14,065 nt of DNA from an uncultured Candidatus Micrarchaeota archaeon (GTDB lineage: Archaea > Micrarchaeota > Micrarchaeia > Burarchaeales > Fermentimicrarchaeaceae). Position 1 is the first letter of the stretch, and every line of letters starts with the position of its first letter. The stretch is taken from contig CAVXDX010000002.1 of assembly GCA_963760615.1 (NCBI GenBank), forward strand, positions 1-14,065. The letters are read 5' to 3'. A program made the position numbers and the translations under genes. The notes beneath the pieces were generated by a model, which was given only the letters and a program-made list of their open reading frames with translations, was not told where the DNA came from and did no database searches. Shown one piece after another: positions 1 to 7,125 of this stretch.

Positions 1-840
1 GAATGTTGCGCAGGCTACCTTTGCAATGCAGATATGCAGTGTGCCCCTCAACCAGTAATTCTCTGCGCGAATTCCTTCCCGAACTGCACAGGAACCTGCA
101 ACAGCGGATGGTGCTTTAACTCAGGGCCTGGGATCTGCACATGCGCAGCATACGATGATAATTCATGCACCAGTCTGTGCTCCTCTTCGGGATCACCTTA
201 CGGAAGAAGAGTCCACAGCTCTAGTAACTGCAGCGCATCAGAATCATACATAAACGGCTGCTGTTGTTACTCTCAGGCTGCTCCGCCGCAACAGCCACCA
301 CAACAAAGCTGGTACTACTGTTGCTATTCAAACGGCCAAAATCACTGTTCCTCAACATTATGTCTCCCAACGGAGTTTACAATGGGCAGCGGTTTCTCCT
401 CCCAACAGTCATGCCAATCCTCATGTCTCGGGCAACCGCAGCAGAATTATTATTGCTGTATGACCCCGGATGGGGTCAAGAACTGCGTGAACCAAACCTG
501 CCCGTTTGGATGGGCTCAGTTTAACACTCCTGTAGCATCTCAGGATGCCTGTTTGACCTCCTGTGGTCTGCACTGGTCCTGCTGCTCAAACTATACAGGA
601 TACGCCCAATGCATGAACCAGCCCTGCGGTGCTGGATGGAATGAATTGGACGGTTATTTCAACTCACAAAGTGACTGCAACTCTTACTGCCTTGGCCCCA
701 ACCCGCAGACATACAACTGTTGCTACGACCCATCTTCCAGCTCAGCAACATGCTATGTAGGTTCGTGCCCCCAGGGCTGGAATCTCTACTGGGCCACCAT
801 GGGGCAGTACTACTGCACCAGGAACTGCGTGCACCCATAA
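1..840 (+). CDS. Cysteine-rich modular (probably extracellular) repeat protein, 5'-truncated by the window edge
   Basis: Frame 1 is open from base 1 (GAA TGT TGC GCA GGC TAC CTT TGC AAT GCA GAT ATG = ECCAGYLCNADM), so the ATG at 34 is probably internal. By manual count there are 40 Cys in 279 codons. It has a PPQQPPQQ linker, four C-terminal 6-Cys repeats and sequons NCT, NCS, NQT, NYT. Stop is TAA at 838-840. Confidence 0.85.
   Translation, partial: ECCAGYLCNADMQCAPQPVILCANSFPNCTGTCNSGWCFNSGPGICTCAAYDDNSCTSLCSSSGSPYGRRVHSSSNCSASESYINGCCCYSQAAPPQQPPQQSWYYCCYSNGQNHCSSTLCLPTEFTMGSGFSSQQSCQSSCLGQPQQNYYCCMTPDGVKNCVNQTCPFGWAQFNTPVASQDACLTSCGLHWSCCSNYTGYAQCMNQPCGAGWNELDGYFNSQSDCNSYCLGPNPQTYNCCYDPSSSSATCYVGSCPQGWNLYWATMGQYYCTRNCVHP
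319..828 (+). repeat. Four tandem protein repeats CC-x7/9-C-x4-C-x15/16-C-x3-C (319-426, 454-564, 580-690, 718-828)
   Basis: CCYSNGQNHCSSTLC..FSSQQSCQSSC / CCMTPDGVKNCVNQTCPFGW..SQDACLTSC / CCSNYTGYAQCMNQPCGAGW..FNSQSDCNSYC / CCYDPSSSSATCYVGSCPQGW..QYYCTRNC. Cys spacing is conserved, each unit is preceded by an aromatic residue, and CxxGW occurs in three of four units. Confidence 0.9.
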
Positions 841-883
841 TACTAGTGAATATCTGTCGCAACTGCAATCTGCTAGGCCACTG

Positions 884-926
884 CACCAAAAGCTATATAT
901 TTACTCCACCAAAAGGAATTCGGTGG
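884..926 (+). promoter_or_regulatory. Putative archaeal promoter (BRE caaaag + TATATAT) and GGTGG SD-like motif for the 931 gene
   Basis: caccaaaagcTATATATttac has its TATA box at 894-900, about 35 nt upstream of the ATG at 931. GGTGG lies at 922-926. Confidence 0.55.
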
Positions 927-930
927 TCCT

Positions 931-2727
931 ATGGGCGAAACTCTTGGGCATGTTACCTTTTTGGTTATCGGAATTGTGATTGGTGCCGTAATCCTATCCC
1001 TTCTATTATTCATCATCTGCTATCTGGGAGGGATGTGCGGTTTCATTTCGCCTCCTTGCAATACGCCCCCCGCCGTAATTCAGATATACCCTAGAGGTGA
1101 GTGTTCGCAGCATGCTCAAACATGCGGCTACGTGATGCCGCTTACTGGCTCTAATCTGACCGGTGCAAGCCAATACCAAGGCTGTTGCAATGGACTTACC
1201 TGCACTGGAGGTTACTGCAGGCAACCTGGTGAAATATGCATGACTGGTGGTCAGCTCTGCGGCACAGGACCTTCGCCTTCTTCCAACCCAATTCCTGATT
1301 ATTATGGTGAGTGTTGCAGCGGCTACCAATGTGTTGGCGGTTACTGCAAAACTCCCTCAAGCTGCGCGTCGCAGGGAGCAAATTGCAATTACGATTCAGA
1401 CTGCTGTTCTGGACTCACCTGCAGTGATGGGAAATGCATAAAAGAATGCACCAGATCAGGTTCATGCGCAAGCAATGCGGATTGCTGCAGCGGTTACTCC
1501 TGCAATATGAGCACCTACGCCTGTTTCATAAACGGATGCGGATTAAGCGGCTATTACCCCTGCTACTCGGATAATGACTGCTGCCAAGGACTTACCTGCA
1601 TGAATGGCACATGCGGCTCCCCGACTAAATTATGCAGCCAGATAACGCCCCAGACACCCAGCGACTGCAACCCGGGTCTCTGTTCCGGAGGACAGTGTCA
1701 TTATCTCCCAGCAACGCACCAGAATAGCAACTCCTCACAACCAATAGTCGAAAATGCGAAGTGCTGGTGCGACCTATGCGTTCAGACTCCTTCAAATTCG
1801 GACAGCATTTGGGTGAAGGGAAATTGCAACAATGGGACAGTTGCCAATACGGACTACTGCGACCAGGAAGGCGGGGAAATTTTGCACAACAGCCGTTGCT
1901 TTAACTATACGACATACATTCAGGTTAGCGGCACTGATACTGCCTTCACCGGCTATCCATTAAGCTCTTGCACGATGTATACGGTAAACTGCAGCCAATA
2001 CAATGCAGCATGCCGCGATGGAGCATGTGTGAACATCACCTGCAAGACTTCCGGTATTTGCACGCGTGACTCTGACTGCTGCTCCAGCTACTACTGCAAT
2101 CCGAACGGCAATTGTGCCGTGATACCGACATGCAGATATGAATCTGCAACATGCACGAACACTTCTGAATGCTGCCATGGGCTGGAATGCAGATCTGGTC
2201 AATGTTGGCCCCCGTGCCACTTGGCCAACTCTCCATGCTCTGTAAATTCGGACTGTTGCCAAGGTTACAGCTGCTACAGCGGATACTGCAGCCCTTCATG
2301 TGTTGACACCACAATCACATGCGCAAACACCTCGCAATGCTGCCCAGGCGACTACTGCCATTACGACAACACATGCCATTCCTCCTCGTGCAATTCACTT
2401 GGAGGCTCATGCACAACAAACACCGGGTGCTGCTCCCCCTATGCGTGTGTGAATGGCACCTGCAGCACACCCCCAACCTGCCAGACTTCGGGAAGATGCA
2501 ACACCGATACTGACTGCTGTTCTAACTATTACTGCAACTCAAACTACTATTGCAGCATATGCATGACCGCAGGAAGCTGCACCCAGAATTCCCAGTGCTG
2601 TGAAGGATACTGCAGCAATAACGGCTACTGCAGCTCCCAATCATGCAAGATGGCAGGCGGAAACTGTGCTCTCGCAAGCGACTGCTGCTACGGCATGATT
2701 TGCAAGGCAGGAACCTGCTCTGCGTGA
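931..2727 (+). CDS. Membrane-anchored cysteine-rich surface glycoprotein with 13 knottin-framework-like (C-C-CC-C-C) repeats
   Basis: 598-aa ORF with a hydrophobic N-terminal segment (VTFLVIGIVIGAVILSLLLFIICYL), about 95 Cys (16%, manual count), 13 six-Cys modules and 11 N-x-S/T sequons. It is preceded by a TATA box and GGTGG. Confidence 0.88.
   Translation: MGETLGHVTFLVIGIVIGAVILSLLLFIICYLGGMCGFISPPCNTPPAVIQIYPRGECSQHAQTCGYVMPLTGSNLTGASQYQGCCNGLTCTGGYCRQPGEICMTGGQLCGTGPSPSSNPIPDYYGECCSGYQCVGGYCKTPSSCASQGANCNYDSDCCSGLTCSDGKCIKECTRSGSCASNADCCSGYSCNMSTYACFINGCGLSGYYPCYSDNDCCQGLTCMNGTCGSPTKLCSQITPQTPSDCNPGLCSGGQCHYLPATHQNSNSSQPIVENAKCWCDLCVQTPSNSDSIWVKGNCNNGTVANTDYCDQEGGEILHNSRCFNYTTYIQVSGTDTAFTGYPLSSCTMYTVNCSQYNAACRDGACVNITCKTSGICTRDSDCCSSYYCNPNGNCAVIPTCRYESATCTNTSECCHGLECRSGQCWPPCHLANSPCSVNSDCCQGYSCYSGYCSPSCVDTTITCANTSQCCPGDYCHYDNTCHSSSCNSLGGSCTTNTGCCSPYACVNGTCSTPPTCQTSGRCNTDTDCCSNYYCNSNYYCSICMTAGSCTQNSQCCEGYCSNNGYCSSQSCKMAGGNCALASDCCYGMICKAGTCSA
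1102..1614 (+). repeat. Five tandem C-C-CC-C-C modules (N-terminal block)
   Basis: CSQHAQTC-x19-CCNGLTCTGGYC; CMTGGQLC-x17-CCSGYQCVGGYC; CASQGANCNYDSDCCSGLTCSDGKC; CTRSGSCASNADCCSGYSCNMSTYAC; CGLSGYYPCYSDNDCCQGLTCMNGTC. Confidence 0.9.
2041..2718 (+). repeat. Eight tandem C-C-CC-C-C modules (C-terminal block)
   Basis: CKTSGICTRDSDCCSSYYCNPNGNC through CKMAGGNCALASDCCYGMICKAGTC. Consensus is C-x5/6-C-x5-CC-x3/4-C-x4/5-C with linkers of about 2-5 aa. Confidence 0.9.
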
Positions 2728-2765
2728 TTACCTTCAATCCAAATCCTGCATGCTTCGCTTCATTA

Positions 2766-2803
2766 CATTAATAAATATACTTTAACCAAATAGGTTTGGT
2801 GGA
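2766..2803 (+). promoter_or_regulatory. Putative promoter (AT-rich TATA-like) and SD (GGTGGA) of the purSLQ operon
   Basis: attaataaatata lies at about 2767-2779, and GGTGGA at 2798-2803 sits just before the ATG at 2807. Confidence 0.45.
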
Positions 2804-2806
2804 CTT

Positions 2807-3028
2807 ATGAAATACAAGATTGAGGTGACCTACAAGCCTGGCGTATTGGATGCGGAAGGTAAGGCGACTCTCAGCGCATTGAAAACTCTCGGCTTCAGCG
2901 TCTCAGATGTGAAAAGCTCCAAGGCGTATCTCATAGAATGTGCCTGCGATGAGAAGAAGGTTGACGAGATGTGTAAAAAACTTCTCTCCAACCCCATAAT
3001 ACAGAACTATTCCATACAGAGGCTGTGA
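2807..3028 (+). CDS. purS: Phosphoribosylformylglycinamidine synthase subunit PurS
   Basis: 73 aa with KPGVLDAEG (canonical xxGVLDPxG) and LLSNPIIQNY (canonical LLANPVIExY), directly upstream of purL. Confidence 0.93.
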   Translation: MKYKIEVTYKPGVLDAEGKATLSALKTLGFSVSDVKSSKAYLIECACDEKKVDEMCKKLLSNPIIQNYSIQRL

Positions 3029-3036
3029 GGTGTAGG

Positions 3037-5403
3037 ATGTCCTACAAGAAATCTGACTTCCCATTCACTCTTTACTTCATAGAAATACGTGACGCCTCGG
3101 ATTCTGAGCTGAAAAGGATAAGCAATGAGAGAACCTTGTCTCTATGCTTGGATGAGATGAAGAGCATAAAGGAGCATTACAAAAAGCTCGGCAGGGATGC
3201 AACAGATGTTGAACTGGAGATGCTTGCGCAGATATGGTCCGAGCACTGTTGCCACAAGACCCTCAGAGGTGACTTCAAGGATTCCAAGGGAAAGATGGTT
3301 GCAAGGAAACTTCTCAAGAACACAATAATGGCTGCAACCCAGAAGCTGAACTTCCCCTGGTGCAGGCTCGTCTTCAAGGACAACGCGGGCATAGTTGACT
3401 TTGACGGCAAATATGCACTTGCTTTCAAGGTTGAGACGCACAACCACCCCTCTGCTTTGGAGCCATTTGGAGGAGCCTCAACAGGCGTAGGCGGAGTCAT
3501 AAGAGACATTCTTGGCGTCTGGGCGGACCCCATTGCAAACACGGACGTGCTCTGCTTCGCCCCTCTTGATTTCCCTGAAAAGAAAATTCCCAAGGGGATA
3601 AAATCCCCCCGCTACCTCTACAACGGAGTGGTTGCAGGAATAGGCGCCTACGGGAACAACATGGGCATTCCCACAGTGAATGGCTCCATTCACTTCGATG
3701 AGAGCTACCTTGGCAACCCCCTGGTTTACTGCGGCTGCCTTGGCCTGCTTCCTATTGAGAAATTCGTCAAGAACACCAAGCCTTCTGACTGCGCCCTTCT
3801 TGCTGGCGGCAGGACTGGCAAGGATGGCATTCACGGAGTGACTTTTGCATCGGCAGAGCTCACAGAAACTTCGGAAGAGTCCTCCCGCTCGGCTGTCCAA
3901 ATTGGCGACCCGATTGAGGAGGAGAAGCTCAAGCGAGCAATTCTAAGGGTAAGGGACGAGGGGCTTGCCTCCGCAATAACTGACTTGGGAGGAGGAGGCA
4001 TTTCCTGTGCAGTCAGTGAAATGGCCGAACGCTCTGCTTGCGGTGCAACTGTCGAGCTTGAGAGGGTGCCGCTGAAATACCCCATGGATGCTCCTTGGGA
4101 GATATGGGTTTCCGAATCCCAGGAGAGAATGCTCCTCTCAGTTCCTGAGGATAAGCTCAGAAGAGCCCTTGAAATTTTTGAGGATGAGGATGTGGAAGCG
4201 ACAGTTATAGGGCGCTTCAATGACTCAAAACAGATAGTCGTTCTCTATAAGGACACTCCTGTTGCAAACCTTTCGACACAATTCCTCTATGAGCTACCCT
4301 ACGATATAACAACTGTAAGAAGACCCAAGGAAATACACAAGGAGCCCAGCTTCCCGCAACCGAAAAACCTTGCTGTAATGCTCCTTAAGATTCTCTCCTT
4401 GCCCGGTATTGCCAGCAAGGAATCTGTCATTCACACCTACGACCATGAGGTGAAGGGCAACACCGTCGTGAAGCCCCTGCAAGGAGCTTTCCTTGATGGA
4501 CCTGGGGATGCATCTGTGCTCAAGCCACTAAGAAACTCCTGGAAGGGCGTTGCACTCTCCAATGGATTCAACCCAAACTACGGGAAAATTGACTTCTATG
4601 CTATGGCTTCCTCTGCAGTTGATGAGGCAGTGAGGAACAATATTGCTGTTGGAGGGAGAAGAATAGCCCTGCTGGACAACTTCTGCTGGGGTTCCCCAAA
4701 AAGACAAGAGCTTGCCTATGGCTTGGTTGAAGCGTGCAAGGCATGCAAGGACATGGCCCTTGCTTTCAAAACTCCCTTCATCTCAGGAAAAGACAGTCTA
4801 TACAACGAGTCTGCAGGCAAGCCAATTACACCCTCCCTGCTCATCTCCGCTCTTGGCATCATACCAGACATCAGAAAGGCAGTCACTATGGATGCTAAGA
4901 AGCCGGGCAGCCTCATCTACCTTATTGGAGAAACCCGCAGGGAGCTCGGGGGATCTGCCTACTACTCGCTTTTCAAACAGCTTGGCGCATCCGTGCCCAG
5001 AGTGCAGCCTGAAAAGGCAAAGAGGATTTTCAGCAAAATCACCTCTGCAATTGACAAAGGGCTTCTGCTCTCCTGCCATGACCCCTCTGAGGGAGGGCTT
5101 GCAGTTGCCGCTGCGGAAATGGCATTCTCAGGGGACTTTGGCATGGAAATCGACCTGCACCAGCTCCATTCAAACGAGAGGGACGACTTCCTGCTTTTCT
5201 CAGAATCAAACTCGCGTTTCTTGGTTGAAGTTTCTCCTTCAAAGCAGAGGAGCTTTGAGAAGCTCATGAAAGGAGTTTCTTTCTGCAGGATTGGCAGGAC
5301 CACCAAGCTGAAGGAATTCGTTGTCATTGGCAAGGAGGGGCAGGTTCTCATTGCAGAGAACCTTGAGAAGCTCAGGAAAGCCTGGAAGGAGCCCTTGAAG
5401 TGA
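3037..5403 (+). CDS. purL: Phosphoribosylformylglycinamidine synthase subunit PurL (small-type, synthetase subunit)
   Basis: Motifs WSEHCCHK, KVETHNHPSALEPFGGASTGVGGVIRDI, SESQERM, GKDSLYN and FSESNSRF. ATG 3037 is preferred over GTG 3025 because GAGGTG (3027-3032) is positioned as an SD. Confidence 0.97.
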   Translation: MSYKKSDFPFTLYFIEIRDASDSELKRISNERTLSLCLDEMKSIKEHYKKLGRDATDVELEMLAQIWSEHCCHKTLRGDFKDSKGKMVARKLLKNTIMAATQKLNFPWCRLVFKDNAGIVDFDGKYALAFKVETHNHPSALEPFGGASTGVGGVIRDILGVWADPIANTDVLCFAPLDFPEKKIPKGIKSPRYLYNGVVAGIGAYGNNMGIPTVNGSIHFDESYLGNPLVYCGCLGLLPIEKFVKNTKPSDCALLAGGRTGKDGIHGVTFASAELTETSEESSRSAVQIGDPIEEEKLKRAILRVRDEGLASAITDLGGGGISCAVSEMAERSACGATVELERVPLKYPMDAPWEIWVSESQERMLLSVPEDKLRRALEIFEDEDVEATVIGRFNDSKQIVVLYKDTPVANLSTQFLYELPYDITTVRRPKEIHKEPSFPQPKNLAVMLLKILSLPGIASKESVIHTYDHEVKGNTVVKPLQGAFLDGPGDASVLKPLRNSWKGVALSNGFNPNYGKIDFYAMASSAVDEAVRNNIAVGGRRIALLDNFCWGSPKRQELAYGLVEACKACKDMALAFKTPFISGKDSLYNESAGKPITPSLLISALGIIPDIRKAVTMDAKKPGSLIYLIGETRRELGGSAYYSLFKQLGASVPRVQPEKAKRIFSKITSAIDKGLLLSCHDPSEGGLAVAAAEMAFSGDFGMEIDLHQLHSNERDDFLLFSESNSRFLVEVSPSKQRSFEKLMKGVSFCRIGRTTKLKEFVVIGKEGQVLIAENLEKLRKAWKEPLK

Positions 5404-5407
5404 TGGT

Positions 5408-6253
5408 ATGAATCACATATGCATCATGAGGGTTGCAGGAACAAACAGAGATTACGACATCTCTGACATTCTCTCCTACCTTAAGGCAGATTCAGAAGTA
5501 GTCCACATGAATGAGTTCCTTAGAGGCAGGAAGAGCCTGCTTGACTATGATGCATTCATCTTCCCAGGAGGCTTTGCATACGGCGACAGGATACGCTCAG
5601 GAGCCATCTGGGCTAAGCAACTCATCTACAAGCTCTCAAAAGACTTCAGGAAAATTGCAGATGAGGGCAGGCCCATCCTTGGGATATGCAACGGCATGCA
5701 GGTTGTTGTCGAAGCTGGCTTGATTCCAGGTCTGCATGGGATAAGCGAATACCCAGAAGCGGCAATGGGAGTTAATGCATCCTCTAAATTTGAGTGCAGG
5801 TGGGTTTACCTCAAGAATTTCTCAAGGGGCAACTGCCTGTTCGCAAAAAAAATTCCCAAAAACACAGTGATACGCGTCCCTGTAGCGCATGGGGAGGGTA
5901 GATTCCTGCTTCCAAAGGAGAAAGAGAAGGAATTGCTGAGGACTCTTGAGAAGAACGACCAAATCGTATTCCGCTATTGCGATGAGAGTGGAAAGGCAGC
6001 AGATGGAAAATACCCACTAAACCCAAATGGGGCGTTCTCAGACATAGCAGGCATATGCAACCCGCAGGGCAATGTCCTCGCCTTCATGCCACATGCAGAA
6101 GATGCCTGCTTCCACCACCAGCACCCAGACTGGACTAGAAAAGAATTTAAGGGAGAGACAGGTGGCATACTCCTCTTCAAGAGCCTCCTCTCACATCTTA
6201 AAAACAGCACTTCTAGAAGCAGCTTCAAGGATTCTCTGGTTACAAAGAATTGA
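5408..6253 (+). CDS. purQ: Phosphoribosylformylglycinamidine synthase glutaminase subunit PurQ
   Basis: Motifs PGGFAYGD, LGICNGMQ (catalytic Cys), PVAHGEG, NPNG, and MPHAED with the His-x-Glu of the class I glutamine amidotransferase triad. It follows purL after 4 nt. Confidence 0.96.
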   Translation: MNHICIMRVAGTNRDYDISDILSYLKADSEVVHMNEFLRGRKSLLDYDAFIFPGGFAYGDRIRSGAIWAKQLIYKLSKDFRKIADEGRPILGICNGMQVVVEAGLIPGLHGISEYPEAAMGVNASSKFECRWVYLKNFSRGNCLFAKKIPKNTVIRVPVAHGEGRFLLPKEKEKELLRTLEKNDQIVFRYCDESGKAADGKYPLNPNGAFSDIAGICNPQGNVLAFMPHAEDACFHHQHPDWTRKEFKGETGGILLFKSLLSHLKNSTSRSSFKDSLVTKN

Positions 6254-6291
6254 GCAGGTGCAACCCCGAGCCTTGTATTTGAAAGAGTTAG

Positions 6292-7044
6292 TCACCTAAC
6301 CCGATACACAGCATACGAATGCTCCCCCTGCCCCACATCATCCAAACCCATCATATCCAAAAGCTTCTTCTCATGTTCTACGTGTGTAATGATATACCCT
6401 CCCTTTCTGGTGCTCCTCGCCAGACTCTTCAGATAGACGTCCTCATACTTCATCTGTATGAATGAGAATGTTATGTGTGCCTTCTCAGGGGGTGCAGATT
6501 TCTCTATATCCAACTCAATGCAGTTAATCCTCTCCCGGTACTCCTTAGGTATGCCCACCGGTATGTAGTGGTTTTTCATCTTCCCGTGATACGCTGGGAA
6601 GAACCCATCGAAATACTCTCCAAAAGCATCAATGGAGGGCACCTTCACCTCCTTTCCAGATTTCACAGCAAGCAGCACATCCCCCCGTATATCTATCACA
6701 TTCAGAACAAACCCCTCAGGCTTTATGCCAGCCTTCCTGAACCCATTCAGGAGTTCAAACGGCTCATATGAGACATTCTGCTTAAAGATGCGCCCCCTCA
6801 TGCCAGCTGACCTTTCTTTGACACCAGCCCCCACCTCGTTAACCACAATCCTGCCCTCAGAAAGCTTAAGATGGGCAAGCAGCCTTCCAAACTCCTTAAT
6901 AGCCTCCTCATTCCTGCCGAAGCTAGTATCCGTCTTAGTGTCCGGATGCTCTCTGCCCAGCCTGTCTGCGAACCTCTCTGCAAGCCCCCCTCTTATTCTT
7001 TTGAATTCCGGCTCCCCCTCATGCTCCTTATGAGTGAACACCAT
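6292..7044 (-). CDS. Class I SAM-dependent methyltransferase, CheR-like (divergent, orphan)
   Basis: Motif order matches CheR: TDTSFGRN (cf. TxFFR), VVNEVGAG (motif I), YEPFEL (cf. EEPYS), NVIDIRGDVLLAVKSG (cf. ATDISxxxLxxAxxG), INCIELDI, LARSTRKGGYII (cf. LxPGGYL). Confidence 0.6.
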   Translation of the reverse strand: MVFTHKEHEGEPEFKRIRGGLAERFADRLGREHPDTKTDTSFGRNEEAIKEFGRLLAHLKLSEGRIVVNEVGAGVKERSAGMRGRIFKQNVSYEPFELLNGFRKAGIKPEGFVLNVIDIRGDVLLAVKSGKEVKVPSIDAFGEYFDGFFPAYHGKMKNHYIPVGIPKEYRERINCIELDIEKSAPPEKAHITFSFIQMKYEDVYLKSLARSTRKGGYIITHVEHEKKLLDMMGLDDVGQGEHSYAVYRVR

Positions 7045-7125
7045 GAATACTTTTTGCCCCCCGACTTAAAAAACTGTTCTGGGTAAGCTATTAAAATCTA
7101 CCTGAGTAACTAAACTGCTGATTTT
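7045..7125. promoter_or_regulatory. Divergent promoter region with two TATA-like boxes
   Basis: On the minus strand TTTTTTAAG (7073 to 7065) is about 29 nt before ATG 7044. On the plus strand TATTAAAA (7089-7096) is about 37 nt before ATG 7126. Confidence 0.45.

Noticed and set aside
34-36. ATG 34 as the start of the first gene
   Set aside because: The frame is open from base 1 and encodes half of a Cys module, and there is no signal or anchor sequence after this Met.
319-828. Kunitz/BPTI domain assignment
   Set aside because: Only the terminal CxxxC resembles Kunitz. The leading CC and the spacing do not fit, and the GCxGNxN motif is absent.
931-1030. Class III (prepilin) signal peptide on the knottin-like protein
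   Set aside because: There is no basic residue before the Gly and no typical +5 Glu, so an uncleaved membrane anchor fits better.
264-1094. Alternative-frame ORFs 264-524, 659-889 and 720-1094
   Set aside because: They overlap the Cys-rich genes, and their composition is explained by out-of-frame reading of Cys/Tyr codons.
1-2727. Recurrent gactgctg-like DNA motifs as a CRISPR array, VNTR or DGR template/variable repeat pair
   Set aside because: The recurrence reflects Asp-Cys-Cys codons. There are no exact long repeats, no adenine-specific mismatch pair was seen, and no cas or reverse transcriptase gene is present.
2728-2806. Riboswitch or attenuator upstream of purS (hairpin ACCAAA-tagg-TTTGGT at 2785-2800 overlapping the SD)
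   Set aside because: The intergenic region is only 79 nt, the stem is a weak 6-bp AT-rich one, and no known aptamer consensus is present.
4712-5269. 185-aa alternative-frame ORF, plus the minus-strand ORFs inside purL
   Set aside because: They are fully nested in well-supported purL and show no motifs.
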